DNA from: Piromyces finnis finn
Lineage: Eukaryota; Fungi; Neocallimastigomycota
DNA: 64,000 bases
Assembly: GCA_002104945.1 (NCBI GenBank)
Contig: MCFH01000001.1
Coordinates: 1,612,001 to 1,676,000, forward strand
Direction of reading: 5' to 3'
The notes beneath the pieces were generated by a model, which was not told where the DNA came from, did not search any database, and saw nothing but the letters and a program-made list of their open reading frames with translations. Positions 26,948 to 39,572 of this stretch are shown in pieces; positions within the stretch are counted from its first letter, which is position 1, and the number at the start of each line of letters is the position of its first letter. Position numbers and translations under genes: made by a program.

Positions 26948-28498
26948 ATGAGAATATCAAGAAAACGTATCCTATTACCTTTAACTATTATTGCTTTCGT
27001 ATTATTATTTTCAACCCTTTTTTACTTTAGTTCTGAAAGATCAAAAGGAATTTTATCAGAACACTATTCAAATTTGATAAATAAAGAAATAAATAATAAA
27101 ACTGTATTAACAACAAATAATAACAGTACTGACAGTATTGCATCTGATAGTTTAAAGGCTAAAAATGAAGTTCATGCACAATTAGAAAATAGTATTAGTT
27201 CAATTGTATTAAGTTCTATAAAAAAAGAAATTAATGTAGATGATTTTGTTTCTCTACGTGAAAGAGTCGAACTTCATACTTATTTATGGCGTGAAATATT
27301 TGGTGAAGGACCATATAATGCCCAAACACTTCAAGAAGCATCATTCCTTATTCAAAACCCAAAACAATTAGTAGGATATCGTCGTCTTTTAGCTACTTTA
27401 CATCAAACATTATACCCATGGCTTTACAAACGTCGTTTCTATTCACCAAAAAATTTATTTAAATCATTCAATGGACGAGGTATTGTAATCTGTGCCGGTG
27501 ATGGACATTTTAAATATGCTATTAGTACAGTCGATACATTACGTAATATTATTGAATCTGAAATCCCAATTGAAATTTTTTATAATGGTGATAATGATTT
27601 ATCAATTGAAAATAGAAAAAAATTCCAGGAATATAAAGATGTTTATGTTTCTGATATTTCTAAATATTTCGATGAAGAACCATTAGAAATTGGTGGATGG
27701 GCAATTAAGCCATTTTCTATTTTAGCATCTCGTTTCCAAGAAGTTATTTTAATGGATGCAGATGCCATGTATATAAAAGATCCAGCTATCCTCTTTGAAG
27801 ATGAAGGATATATAAAATCTGGTACTATTTTCTTCCGTGATCGTACTTTATTCCCAGGTACCCATGGAGGTTCACAATGGCTTAAATCTTGGATGGTAGA
27901 TCCATTACCAGAAACAAAAGCTAATCGTTTTTGGAATGAAGAATCAGCACATGAAATGGAATCAAGTACAGTTGTTATGGATAAAAGTAGAGTATTTTTA
28001 GGTTTACTTGCTACATGTAAATTCAATGAAAAAAAAATTCGTGATGATGTAGTTTATCAAAATGTTCATGGTGATAAAGAAACATTCTGGATGGGTTTCG
28101 ATATGGCACGTCAACATTACAATGAGATCCCATTACCAATTGTATTTGTTGGTGAATTAGCTACAGGTGCTGAAGGTGATGATCCAAATGCTGAACAATT
28201 ATGTGGTCATGTTGGACATTTAGATAGAAATGGGGAAGTACTTTTCTGGAATGATCATATAGTTAAAGATAAAACCGATGAAAGATATATGGATAGATTA
28301 TTAAAATTTGAAGTATACCTTGTAGAAGATACTGAAGCTGAGTGGCCATCTTTCCATTGTATGAATTTGGATGGTCGTATTACAACTCCATTTAGTGAAG
28401 AAGAAAAGGCAGTAATAGATCAAATAATAACAAGAGAACGTAAGATGCATTTTGTTGTATCAGGAAAATATGAAGATGAAATGGAAAAGGATTATTAA
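26948..28498 (+). CDS. Type II Golgi alpha-mannosyltransferase, GT71 / Mannosyl_trans3 (MNN1/MNN2/MNT-like), intronless, 516 aa
   Basis: N-terminal signal-anchor, stem region, and motifs GRGIVICAG, WAIKPFSILASRFQEVILMDAD (DxD), ESSTVVMDK and HGDKETFW. Confidence 0.92.
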   Translation: MRISRKRILLPLTIIAFVLLFSTLFYFSSERSKGILSEHYSNLINKEINNKTVLTTNNNSTDSIASDSLKAKNEVHAQLENSISSIVLSSIKKEINVDDFVSLRERVELHTYLWREIFGEGPYNAQTLQEASFLIQNPKQLVGYRRLLATLHQTLYPWLYKRRFYSPKNLFKSFNGRGIVICAGDGHFKYAISTVDTLRNIIESEIPIEIFYNGDNDLSIENRKKFQEYKDVYVSDISKYFDEEPLEIGGWAIKPFSILASRFQEVILMDADAMYIKDPAILFEDEGYIKSGTIFFRDRTLFPGTHGGSQWLKSWMVDPLPETKANRFWNEESAHEMESSTVVMDKSRVFLGLLATCKFNEKKIRDDVVYQNVHGDKETFWMGFDMARQHYNEIPLPIVFVGELATGAEGDDPNAEQLCGHVGHLDRNGEVLFWNDHIVKDKTDERYMDRLLKFEVYLVEDTEAEWPSFHCMNLDGRITTPFSEEEKAVIDQIITRERKMHFVVSGKYEDEMEKDY

Positions 28499-28909
28499 AT
28501 ATATAATCAAATAATATAAAAATCAAAATTAATAACAATAGTGTTATGTTATTATTATATATATTCTTTAATTTTATATTTATTATTGAAAATATATTTA
28601 TTTATACAAATTCAGAAATATTAACTATTAAATATAACCAAATATAATTATCTTTTATTATAATGTTTATTTTCCATTTAAATTTTACAAATAGAATAAA
28701 CTAATAATGAAATATTTAATCAAATATCGTAGATTTAAATGAAAAAATAAAATTAACCAAAAAAAAAAAAAAAAAAAAAGAAAAAATAAATAAAAAATAA
28801 ATAAAAAATAAATAAAAAATATAAAAATATAAAAAAAAAAAAAATGTTAGTTGAAAATTCAATATCTTAACTTTATATATTTTTTCTTAATAAATCAAAT
28901 ATATTAAAT

Positions 28910-28918
28910 TTATTATTA

Positions 28919-28990
<72 letters not shown>
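28910..28990. repeat. (ATT)n followed by (ATTT)n microsatellite
   Basis: Directly visible. Confidence 0.85.
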
Positions 28991-30570
28991 TTTTGCACTA
29001 ATATCATTTCTCTCCACATTTTTTACATTCATAAAATATGAATATTAATATTATTCAAGTAAATTAATTAGATTTAATTATGTTGTCTCCTTTTAGTAAA
29101 ATAATATAGTTTTAATGTCTTAAAACCGTATCAGTAAAGAAGACATTTAATTAATTTTATAATATATATTCATACTTTGATTTTAAAAAAAAAATAATTA
29201 TTATTTATTCAAATAATTAAATTTTTTTAAAAAATTAAACATTAAAAGACATTCAGTTTTAGGTGAGTAAACATAACAATGATAAAATAATGTATTAAAA
29301 TTTAAAAGCACATAATATTTTTAATAATTTGTTTTGAATAAAATTCAACTTATTTAAAAGAATGGTTTTTTTTTTTTTATTTTTATTTTTATTTTTATTT
29401 TTATTAAATATTAAAGTTTAAATATTTATTATATATTAAAATAATTGAGTCAATTTTTTATTACTCCTTTTATATTTTTACTTTAATATTGTAATATTGT
29501 AAATTGTAATATAAAAGTTGTATTTATATTAATTTTTTAATACTACTGGTATTGTACATACTTTGATTTATTATATTAATTAATTAAGAAATTAATTAAT
29601 TTATAGCACATTAAATAAAAAAAAATAAAAAAATAAAAATAAACTATATTATATTATTTTCTTATAGCTTATAATAAAATTATTTATCTTAAAAAAGTAA
29701 TTAATTCCAAAGAATAAGTATAATAATAAAAAAAAAATAAAATAAAAGGATGAAAAAAGAAAGAAAAGAGCTTATATTATTATAATTTTATTATTGAGTA
29801 AATCTTTTTTTTTTTTTCTTTTTCTTTTTTTTCTTTTTATTTTCATTTTGTTGTTTATTTATTTATATAATTTTTTTTAATAAAATATAATATTTATTAA
29901 CACATTATTTTAAAAATTTGAAATTTTATTAAAGTAATTGTTAATAAATAATAATAATAAACAAACATATTAATATAAATTAGAAATAGCTATAAATATA
30001 TAAATAAATAAATAATAAATAAATAAAAACATATAAAATAGATATTTAATTCTTATATTTTTATATTTTTTTTTTAAAAAAAATAATACAATAATACCAA
30101 AAACCTCAAAACTAACATAAATTTTTGCAATAAATAAAGCAATAATTCAAATAACAATTTTGTTAAATAAATAAATAAAACTAAAAAGTATATGACAAAC
30201 AATAAAATATAAAAAAAAAAAAAAATAAAATTAATAATTAAAACCAAAATAAAATAAAATAAAAATAAAATAAAATAACAAACAAATAAAACAAGCAAAT
30301 AAAACAAGCAAATAAAACAGCAAAACCAGAAAATAGTTTATTTTAGTAATTTTCAATTCCAAATTAATCTGCAGTTATATAAATCAATTTATATACATAT
30401 ATAAAAGTAAATACTAAAATAATATTTATGTTTAAAGTATAAATAAATATAAGTAGAAAAGATTTTTCAAACAATAAATTTATAGTTTCTAAATTATTAT
30501 TAAATTATTAATAAAATTATATTAATAAATTAAATAAAGATTTTTTATATAAGAGAATATTATATTGAAG

Positions 30571-32685
30571 ATGTTTTGGAGAAGGGTAAATAATAATATC
30601 ACTATTTTTATAATATATAATAAAAAAAATATTTTATTAAAATATATATTTGTAATTGTGTTACACCATAAACGAAATATTTTTTTAATATATTATTTAA
30701 TTTTAAAATACATTCATTTCATTATTTAAAGAGAAGTTCAACGAAAGAAAAAGATTATGAAAAATTATTGGAAGATATTGATTCCGAAATTAAAAGAGTT
30801 GAAGACAATCTGAGACAAATAAAGATAAGAGAGGATAGAAGTATTATTACTTGGCTTTATTACAGTATCCCAGCATATTCATTAATTTTAATAGTATATA
30901 GTTTTATTCTCTATAAAATACAAGATCCATGGCCTGTTCTTTGTATCAAGGCTTCTCCACTATTAATTGGATTGTTTTTGTAAATATAAAGATTTATTTA
31001 TAAATACATATTTTATATTATTAATAACATCAATAATAATACTTCATTATTATATCAATTTATTAGAATTATATTTATTAAAAAATTCATTTCAATTTGG
31101 TATAAGAAGCAACAAATGAAAGAAGGTAATACAATTAATGATCAATATTGATATTTCTTATTTTTTATTGAATATTATATATTTTTATATTGGTTATTTA
31201 GAGGAAAGAGATAATGTACTTAAAAAGGAACAAAAAGAAATTGTATGTACTTTTTATTATAATAAAAAACGAAATTTGTTTCAATTTCAATGAGTAATTA
31301 ATGAAATTTTCTTTTTCATATTAGTTAGAAGAACTTAAAAGTAAACTTAAGTATTACCAAACAAAAAATTTAATTGAAAAATACGAATTACAGGAACAAC
31401 CAGCATTCGTAAGCATTGTTTATATAAAAATTAATTATAAATACGAAATACACTTTATGATTAAGTATTAATATTAATTACTATTTAACAAAAAGCCAAT
31501 GAAAAACAATGGTATGCAAATGATGTATCCCCAAATGCAGATGAACAATCAAAGAATGAGTAAGTATTATATATTAGTTCATTTAACACAAGATCAAAGT
31601 TTATTTCTAATATTCAATATTATAAATATTTAATTAAAATAATCAAAGTTCCAAATCAAATGAGAAATCAACAAATGCCATTATCAAAAGCTAAAAAGCA
31701 ACAATTAATGGGAGGTCATACAATTTCAAAGCAAAGATCAATGCCTGTAGTTTTACAAAATGGTAAACAACAATATACAGATAATAGATATAATCAATAT
31801 CAACAATTACCATCATCCGAAACTCCATCCAATCCAAATGAACGTAAATGGATTGATAAATTAATGGATGCCATTGTAGGTGATGTTAACGAAGCTGATA
31901 CTAAATATGCTTTAGTATGTAATTACTGTTACACTCATTGTGGTTTAGCTCTTCCAGAAGAATATAAAACATTTAGTAAGTTGAAAAAAAAAAAGTAATT
32001 TTTTATATAAAATTTAAATAGGGAATCAAATTATAACATAAACTACTATTTTAATAATATTTCAATAGAATATATTTGTCCAAGTTGTAAGAAAATGAAT
32101 GATAATGCTAAAAAATACAATGTATCTAATACAAAGGATAAAAATTCAACAGGAAATGATTCAAAGTTATTACCTCCAACTGTTCCTATTAACAAAGAAG
32201 GAACTAATAATAATATACCAATTAATAATACCCAAAATGAACAAATTTCTTCTCAAACTTCAGCCCCAATTATACCAGGTAATAGTATTCAACCAAATTT
32301 AGAAAGAAGATCATCTACATTATTAGAAGAAATGGATGATCTAACCAATACTGAAATAAATCAAACCCAAATTGAAGATAATTCACAAGAAATTACCATG
32401 GAAGGAGGAAATGATGAAAATCTTGAACAAGATGATAATATAATAAATGAATTTGATCAAGTAATTGAACAAGAAAAAGAAATTATTAATTATCCAGAAG
32501 AAGATAATGAAAATGTAATCAATAAAGAAAATGTTAATGGTGCTGAAGATATAAATGATAATGAAGAAGAGGTTAAGGATGATAATGATATTCAAGAATC
32601 ATTAGAATTATCATCTGAAAATTGTCAAAAAGTTGAAAATGACAAGCAAATTACCGCGGATGAAAATTCTAAGAAAGAAAATTAA
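30571..32685 (+). CDS. LNP1: ER three-way-junction protein Lunapark, 8 exons (first exon 30571-30585, MFWRR)
   Basis: N-terminal coiled coil (DYEKLLEDIDSEI), two TM helices, ELKSKLKYYQTKNLIEKYE, WIDKLMDAIVGD and zinc ribbon ALVCNYCYTHCGLA...YICPSCKKMN across exons; acidic tail. Confidence 0.93.
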
Positions 32686-32959
32686 TAGATATTAGATAAA
32701 AGGAAAAAAACATAGTACATAAAAAAGAATAATAACCAATAATCCTTTTTTAATAAAATTTTCAGAGAAAAAATTAACAAAAGGTTAAAGCTCAATGAAT
32801 GAAATTAAAGATTATTTCATTTATAAAATTTAAAACAAGCATTAATTACAACTGTAATTCAATTTTATTTATTAATTTTTTTTTTCTAATAATTTTATCT
32901 TCAAAACTATATATATATTGAATTTATATAATAGCGTTTAATCCTATAATATATAAGAA

Positions 32960-32993
<34 letters not shown>

Positions 32994-33653
32994 CAATAAA
33001 GCAATTAAAAATAAATTATTATTAAGACTAAAGTAAAACTAAATAAATGCACATAAAGCAAAAAAAAAAAAAAGAAAAAAAAAAAAAAAAAAGATAATAA
33101 GCATTCAAATATAAATGGCCTTTAAACCTTTGAAAAAATAAATGTGTTTTTTTTTTTTTTCTTTTATTTTATTTTTATTTCTTTCTTATTTTTTATTACT
33201 TTTACGTTTTTCTTTTGATTTTGTTTTTACTTTTATTGGTGTTAATACTATCTTAAAATAGGGATTAATACTTCGATATAGATGTATATTTAATATTAGT
33301 AGTAAAAAAACAATAATTAAATTAATTTAAATATAATATTAGTGATAACTAAATATATTATCAACCTCATTGTATAAATAAATTTTAAAATTTTTTTTTT
33401 CTATTTTTACTTCATTCTATTATATTTTATTTTTACCAATATTAATATTAAATATTCTAAATATTAAAATAAAATAAAATTTGATCTCTTTTATTATTGT
33501 TGTTATTAGCTATATGTTATATATTTGCAAATTATATTAAGTTATTTGTATGTTTTGTCTTGTTTTTTTTTTTTTTTTTTTTTTTTTGATTGTGTTTATT
33601 TCATTGGGTAGAAGTATGACTTTTTATATTTCGATTTAATTAGTCGAGACATC

Positions 33654-34676
33654 TTATAATAATAAGAATATTATAAAAATTATAGATATTAGCATATAGT
33701 TAGAAAGTTTATACCTTGATGAACTAGCAGAACAATTAATTTCCTTTAAGATATCAATAATATTATCTCTTAAAGAATCATCATTAACTTTATATTGATA
33801 AATTACATTAAAATACGAATATTCTTCTCTTATATTCATTATGTATTCATTAAGTTTTTTACGACATAATGTATAATTACAATTCTTTTTAAAATCTTCT
33901 ACTAGTTTTTTCTTAGTGATTTGAGCATCAATACTTCTAGAAGGAAGAAAAGAATTAATATTTGATATAACTGGTGTTCTTTTTCTTCTTTTAATATTCA
34001 TTTCCAATTCTTCTCCTTCGGCAATTAATTGTAAATAACCTTTCTGTAATGAGATTGTAATTGGACAATAATCATTATCATTTTTTTCTTTTTTAGAATT
34101 ACTCTTCTCGGTTTTATTATCAATATTAACCTTATTTTCATCATTCTCATTATTATTATTTCCAGTAGCAATAATTTTCTTTTCATCCTTTTTTACACAA
34201 AAAAATTGCTTATAATTAATAAGATTATTAATTGTTTTTACAAAATCTGTCGCTTCTATTAAATTGATTTTACATAATTCGGAAATAATTTTTGTATCAT
34301 TATCAGTAAAAATTGAACATTCATCAGAGTTTAATCTTTCACAAAAACTATTAAAATCTTTACTCTTAAGTGTAATGCATGAATACTTTGATTTTACAAT
34401 ACTTAGACATAAAGGAGAAGAATCAAAATTAAATTCATTTAAATCATCACTAATTTTTGGATTTGTTACATCATTAATATACATGGAAGAAATCTGTTTT
34501 ATGTCAAATACACTTTTTTTCTCATCACTATTAGTATTATTTAGATTTTCCATTTCCATTATATATTTAATATTATATGGAGAATAACCATTATAAGAAA
34601 TGAAATTGGAATTGTTGGCTACAGAACTTGATATGAATAATAGCGATATTAAAAATTTATTTTTTAATATTTTCAT
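33654..34676 (-). CDS. Secreted Cys-patterned protein with probable GPI-anchor signal, intronless, about 340 aa, function unknown
   Basis: True ATG at 34676 (the ORF track starts at an upstream TTG). Signal peptide MKILKNKFLISLLFISSSVA, about 10 spaced Cys, C-terminal small residues (CSASSS) then hydrophobic tail YMLISIIFIIFLLL*. Confidence 0.8.
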   Translation of the reverse strand: MKILKNKFLISLLFISSSVANNSNFISYNGYSPYNIKYIMEMENLNNTNSDEKKSVFDIKQISSMYINDVTNPKISDDLNEFNFDSSPLCLSIVKSKYSCITLKSKDFNSFCERLNSDECSIFTDNDTKIISELCKINLIEATDFVKTINNLINYKQFFCVKKDEKKIIATGNNNNENDENKVNIDNKTEKSNSKKEKNDNDYCPITISLQKGYLQLIAEGEELEMNIKRRKRTPVISNINSFLPSRSIDAQITKKKLVEDFKKNCNYTLCRKKLNEYIMNIREEYSYFNVIYQYKVNDDSLRDNIIDILKEINCSASSSRYKLSNYMLISIIFIIFLLL

Positions 34677-36145
34677 TTTTATCAATTTTTTCAATTGAAT
34701 TTCTAATATAATTAAAGAATGGTATTTAATAACACTAAAAAATTTATAAAATTTAATTTTTTTTTTTTTTTTAAAATAACATTTAGATTTTTTTGATAGA
34801 AAAAAATATGTTTATTTGCTTTTCTCTTTTTTGATTCTATCAAATAATTTATTTATTATTTATATAAATATGATTTTTTCTTATTATATATACTTATATT
34901 ATTCGTTGTAACTCTTCTTATTTTTCCTTTTAAATATATAATAAATAAATTTGAAAAAACCTTTTCATTTTATTTATCTTTTTTTTTTTTTTTTAATATT
35001 TTTTTTTATATATGATATATATTTTTCAAAGAAGAAAATTGAAGTATTATTGAACTTATTTATCTTTTATTATATTTTAAGATTAATATACGTTACACAA
35101 GGGTACAAATTATCAAAACTTCCCCTTAAATTTAATTTTAATGAAACGTAATACAAAAAAAAACATACACGTGACATATATTTTTTTCTTAGAAATAAAT
35201 CTATGTTTTTTGGTAATAAAATATAATTTATTTAATGTTAACATTAAATAAACTATATTAACATTTACGATGACTATCATGAACCACAAATATTTTAAAC
35301 GTTAATAAAATACTGGAAATAGTATATTTAGTAATAAGATTTGATAAAAACTAATCTTTATTTAACAAAAAAATTATATCGAGAGGAAGGATATTACTTT
35401 CCAAATAATTAAATCATTAATAATATTTAAACTTATATCTAAAATAATAGTATAATATATAAAGCGAAATAATAAATTAATATAGAAAATTTTCTATTAA
35501 ATATCATAAAGTACTCTATATTATCATATTATAATAAATAATAATAAACTATATTTTCTTTTGTTATAATTTTTAAAAGTTAAAAATTAAAATATATATC
35601 ATTCAGTTTTATGTTATTAATATTAAATATTAAAATCCATATCTATTATTAAACTTTGAAAAAATACAAAATGTATAAATTTCTAATATAATAAACTAAA
35701 CTACATTATTACAAAAAAAAAAATAAAATTTAATTTAATAAAAATTTTTTTTTTAAATTAAATTTAAAATTTTAGATGGATGCTGAGTTTCTTATTTTTC
35801 ATTTTCATTAATATTAGATTTTCATTATTATTATTACTATTATAGTTGAAGCTACTTTTTAACTTTAATTCTGCTTAAAAGGTTTAATTATAAAGATATT
35901 TATAATAATATTAAAGTTTATTATATATTACAATTTTTAAAACGATATTATTATTTATATTAATAAAGAAGAAAGAATAAAACGAGTTAAATTTTTTTTC
36001 TTCTTTTTTTCTTTACATTCAGTTAAAAAGAAATATTATTTTAATAAATTATAGACAAATATAAAAGTACACTTATTATTATTATTATTATTATGAATTC
36101 ATAAAATTATATATATTCAATTATTAATAAATAAATTTAAAAAAC

Positions 36146-39100
36146 ATGGCAGTATTAATGAAATGCATTTTTTTTGCATTAATTATAATATGTAAGTAAT
36201 TTTTTACTTTGATACTCATTAAAAAATTTAATTATATTAAAATCAAAATTTAATTATATAAAATTTTAAAATCATTTAAATAAAATCTTTAAAATATTAG
36301 TTAATGTAATATACATTAATGGTGATACTACAACAAAAACTATAAATATCGATAAATATATAAAAACATTATCTCCAGAAGAATTCTCACAACATGGAAG
36401 TAATAGCCCATGGTTTATATTTTTTGGTTCTAAAAACAGTATATTATCTGAAACTTTTACTTCAACATGGGTTGAATTTCAAGACCAAGCTGATAAAGAA
36501 AAAATAACTAATGTAATAAATATTGCAAAAGTTGAATGCAGCCAATATGCTGCATTCTGTAAAGAGCATAAAATTAAACATTTTCCAACACTTATTTTGT
36601 ATGTAATTATATATTGTTATTATTATTAATTTTAAAATAAAGATACAGTCAATAAATACAAAAATATTTCTAACAAATTATTATTTAATGTTTAATTATT
36701 AATTGAAGATTTAACGGGGGAAAAAAGTTAACTGAAATAAAAAATTATGAAACCTCTAATGACATAATGAAATTTTTGAAAAAATATTTTGAGGCACTTA
36801 ATATTAATGAAGAATATAAAAATGAAAACCAGAAAACAACTATCTACGAGCGTAAGTAATATTAGTTTTATCATCAAACTCATTCAGTTATCATAATTAA
36901 TATTTGCTTATAATGATTTTTATAATTTATAAATAGAAGAAAAGAATAAAAAAGTTAGAGATAAAAAGCTAGATGACGTTAAAAATCAATTTTATATAAA
37001 AAAAATAAAAATATTAAAAGACGAAAATTCCAATAAAATTATAAAAGATTTGTTTAGACAAGTTAAGAAAACCCCAGAATCAGAAATATCATTATTTGAT
37101 AAATTATTTAAAAAGAATTCAAAAAGAGAAAAGTTAAATATATATGATATGGATGATATTGAAGAATTTAATACAGAATTATATGAAAATTTAAGTAATA
37201 TTAATAATAATTATGATAAAGATATTAATGATATGATAAAATCAAGTAATAACGAAGACAATTCTCAAAAGCTAAAATCAACTATTCCAACTAATAATAA
37301 TAAAGATGTTCAAGTTGAAAAGCAATCAATTAATTATGAGTCAGTTGAGAAACAATTCGATGAAAATTTATTAACTGAAGAACAACCAGTTAGCAAAGTA
37401 ATTAATAATAAATTAATTGAAAAGCAACCAGTTAGTAAAACAATTAATAATAAATTAATTCAAGAACAAAAAGTTAATAGCGAGCAAGTTGAAAAACAAC
37501 AAGTAAGCAAAGAAATTAATAACAAATTAGTTGAAAAACAACAAATTAGCAGCGATGTTAATAATGAACAAGTTGAAGAACAACAAATCAGTAAAATAAA
37601 TAACAATAGATTAGTTGAAGAACAACAAATTAGCAGCGATGTTAATAATGAACAAGTTGAAGAACAACAAATCAGTAAAATAAATAACAATAGATTAGTT
37701 GAAGAACAACAAATTAGCAGCGATGTTAATAATGAACAAGTTGAAGAAGAAAAACAAATCAGTAAAATAAATAATAATAGATTAGTTGAAGAACAGCAAA
37801 TTAGAAGTGATGTTAATAATGAACAAGTTGAAGAAGAAAAACAAATCAGTAAAATAAATAATAATAGATTAGTTGAAGAACAGCAAATTAGCAGCGATGT
37901 TGATAATGAACAAGTTAAAGAACAACAAGTAAACATAGATATTAATAATGAACAAATTGAAGAACAACAAGTTAGTAAAGACGTTAATAATGAACAAATT
38001 GAAGAACAACAAATTAACAATGAACAAGTTGAAGAACAACAAATTAATAATGAACAAGTTAAAGAACAACAAGTTAAAAATGAACAAGTTGAAGAACAAC
38101 AAATTAATAATGAACAAGTTGAAGAACAACAAGTTAAAAATGAAAAAGTTGAAGAACAACAAGTTAGTAAAGACGTTAATAATGAACAAACTGAAGAACA
38201 ACAAATTAATAATGAACAAGTTGAAGAACAAAAAGTTAAAAATGAACAAGTTGAAGAACAAAAAGTTAGTAATGAAAAAATTAATGAACAAGAAATTAAC
38301 TCTGAACATGTTGAAGAACAACCAGCTGAAAATGAATCAGTAATCAATAAAATAAATATTATTAATAACACAACTTTATCAGAAAGTGAAGATAATTTTG
38401 ATGATGACGCTGAGAAATCATCAATTAATAACAGAAATGAGGATTATCAAAAAGTTAAACTAGTATTTAGTGATGATGAAGATATTAATAATGAAAACCA
38501 TAATTCATATCAAAAGCAAAAATATTTGCGTGTTAATCAAAACCAAGTCCAAAAAACTGGACTTGTTAAAGTAAGTATATTTAGAAATTATATAAATAAT
38601 TTATTAATACTTTTATATATTATTTATATTTCATATTGATTTATTTATATAAAAATAAATATTTTTATATCAAATATATAGAAAATCTTTAATTCATTCA
38701 AATCTTTGAGAATTTTATTTGTTTTGTTTGTAATTCTCTCTGGTTTATTTGCTCTTATTCGTTACACTAATATTTTCAAATTCAAAAGTAAGAGTAGATA
38801 TTCCAATGATTTTTATGATTATAATTCATTTGGTATTTCATCTAATGGCCTATCCAATGATTATAATTATTCTTTGAATAATAATAATACTAAAGATGTT
38901 AATAAGTATTTTTCAAATGGACCAGGTTTAATTAATAGAAAATATACAAATTACAATCATATTTCAGCAAGTAACTCTACATCTTTTGTTTCAGCTGCAA
39001 ATAACAATAAACATATGACATCACAAACTAATGCTTCTTATTCAATCCCATCTTCTCAATCCATAACTATACCAAATGTACCAAATTATAACTCAGGAAT

Positions 39101-39572
39101 GAATAATATTAACAATAATAACAACAACAACAACAATAATAATAATAATATTAACATTAATAATAATATTAATAATAATATAAACATGAATAATAAATAT
39201 TATCAATCACAGGTATATTCTTTACCTCAAATGAATTATTATAATAATAACAATACTAACAATATAAAGAATCAACCATCTTACTCTTCAGATTCTTATC
39301 AAAGTCTTTCTATTTCAACTGATAATATAAATTATAATAATATGAATGTAAAAACAAATTATATTAAGCCTGCCTATTCAATGCCATATTCTATGTCAAC
39401 TACTTATGATCATAGTAATAAACAAACAACGGAATCTAAAAATACCCAGAGATTGAGAAAAAGTGATTCCACATTATACAATAGTAGCATTAAAATAAAT
39501 GATGCCTTCTTTCCAAATTTAAATGGCAATCCTCCACCAAATTTATATAAAAATACAAACCATCAATCATAA
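36146..39572 (+). CDS. Type I membrane protein, about 1003 aa: signal peptide, thioredoxin/PDI-like domain lacking CxxC, Glu/Gln/Asn repeat stalk, TM helix, Asn/Ser/Tyr-rich tail. Exons 36146-36191, 36301-36598, 36709-36851, 36937-38570, 38682-39572
   Basis: Five exons join in frame and unite ORFs 37050 and 38706. Trx-fold motifs PWFIFFG...STW, IAKVEC...FC...IKHFPTLILF. Confidence 0.85.
37460..38320 (+). repeat. Coding minisatellite: 84-87 nt units starting at 37527, 37611, 37695, 37782, 37869, followed by about ten 30-nt units (NNEQVEEQQI-type)
   Basis: Directly visible periodicity in DNA and protein. Confidence 0.92.

Noticed and set aside
26948-28498. Horizontal transfer of intronless GT71 (or SUA5) from bacteria
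   Set aside because: Both have typical eukaryotic/fungal architecture (type II signal-anchor; fungal-type Sua5); lack of introns alone is not evidence, and a phylogeny would be needed.
37460-38371. Cys/Ser/Leu-rich 303-aa ORF and the other overlapping ORFs (37869, 37948)
   Set aside because: Antisense and off-frame shadows of the coding minisatellite in the Trx-like gene.
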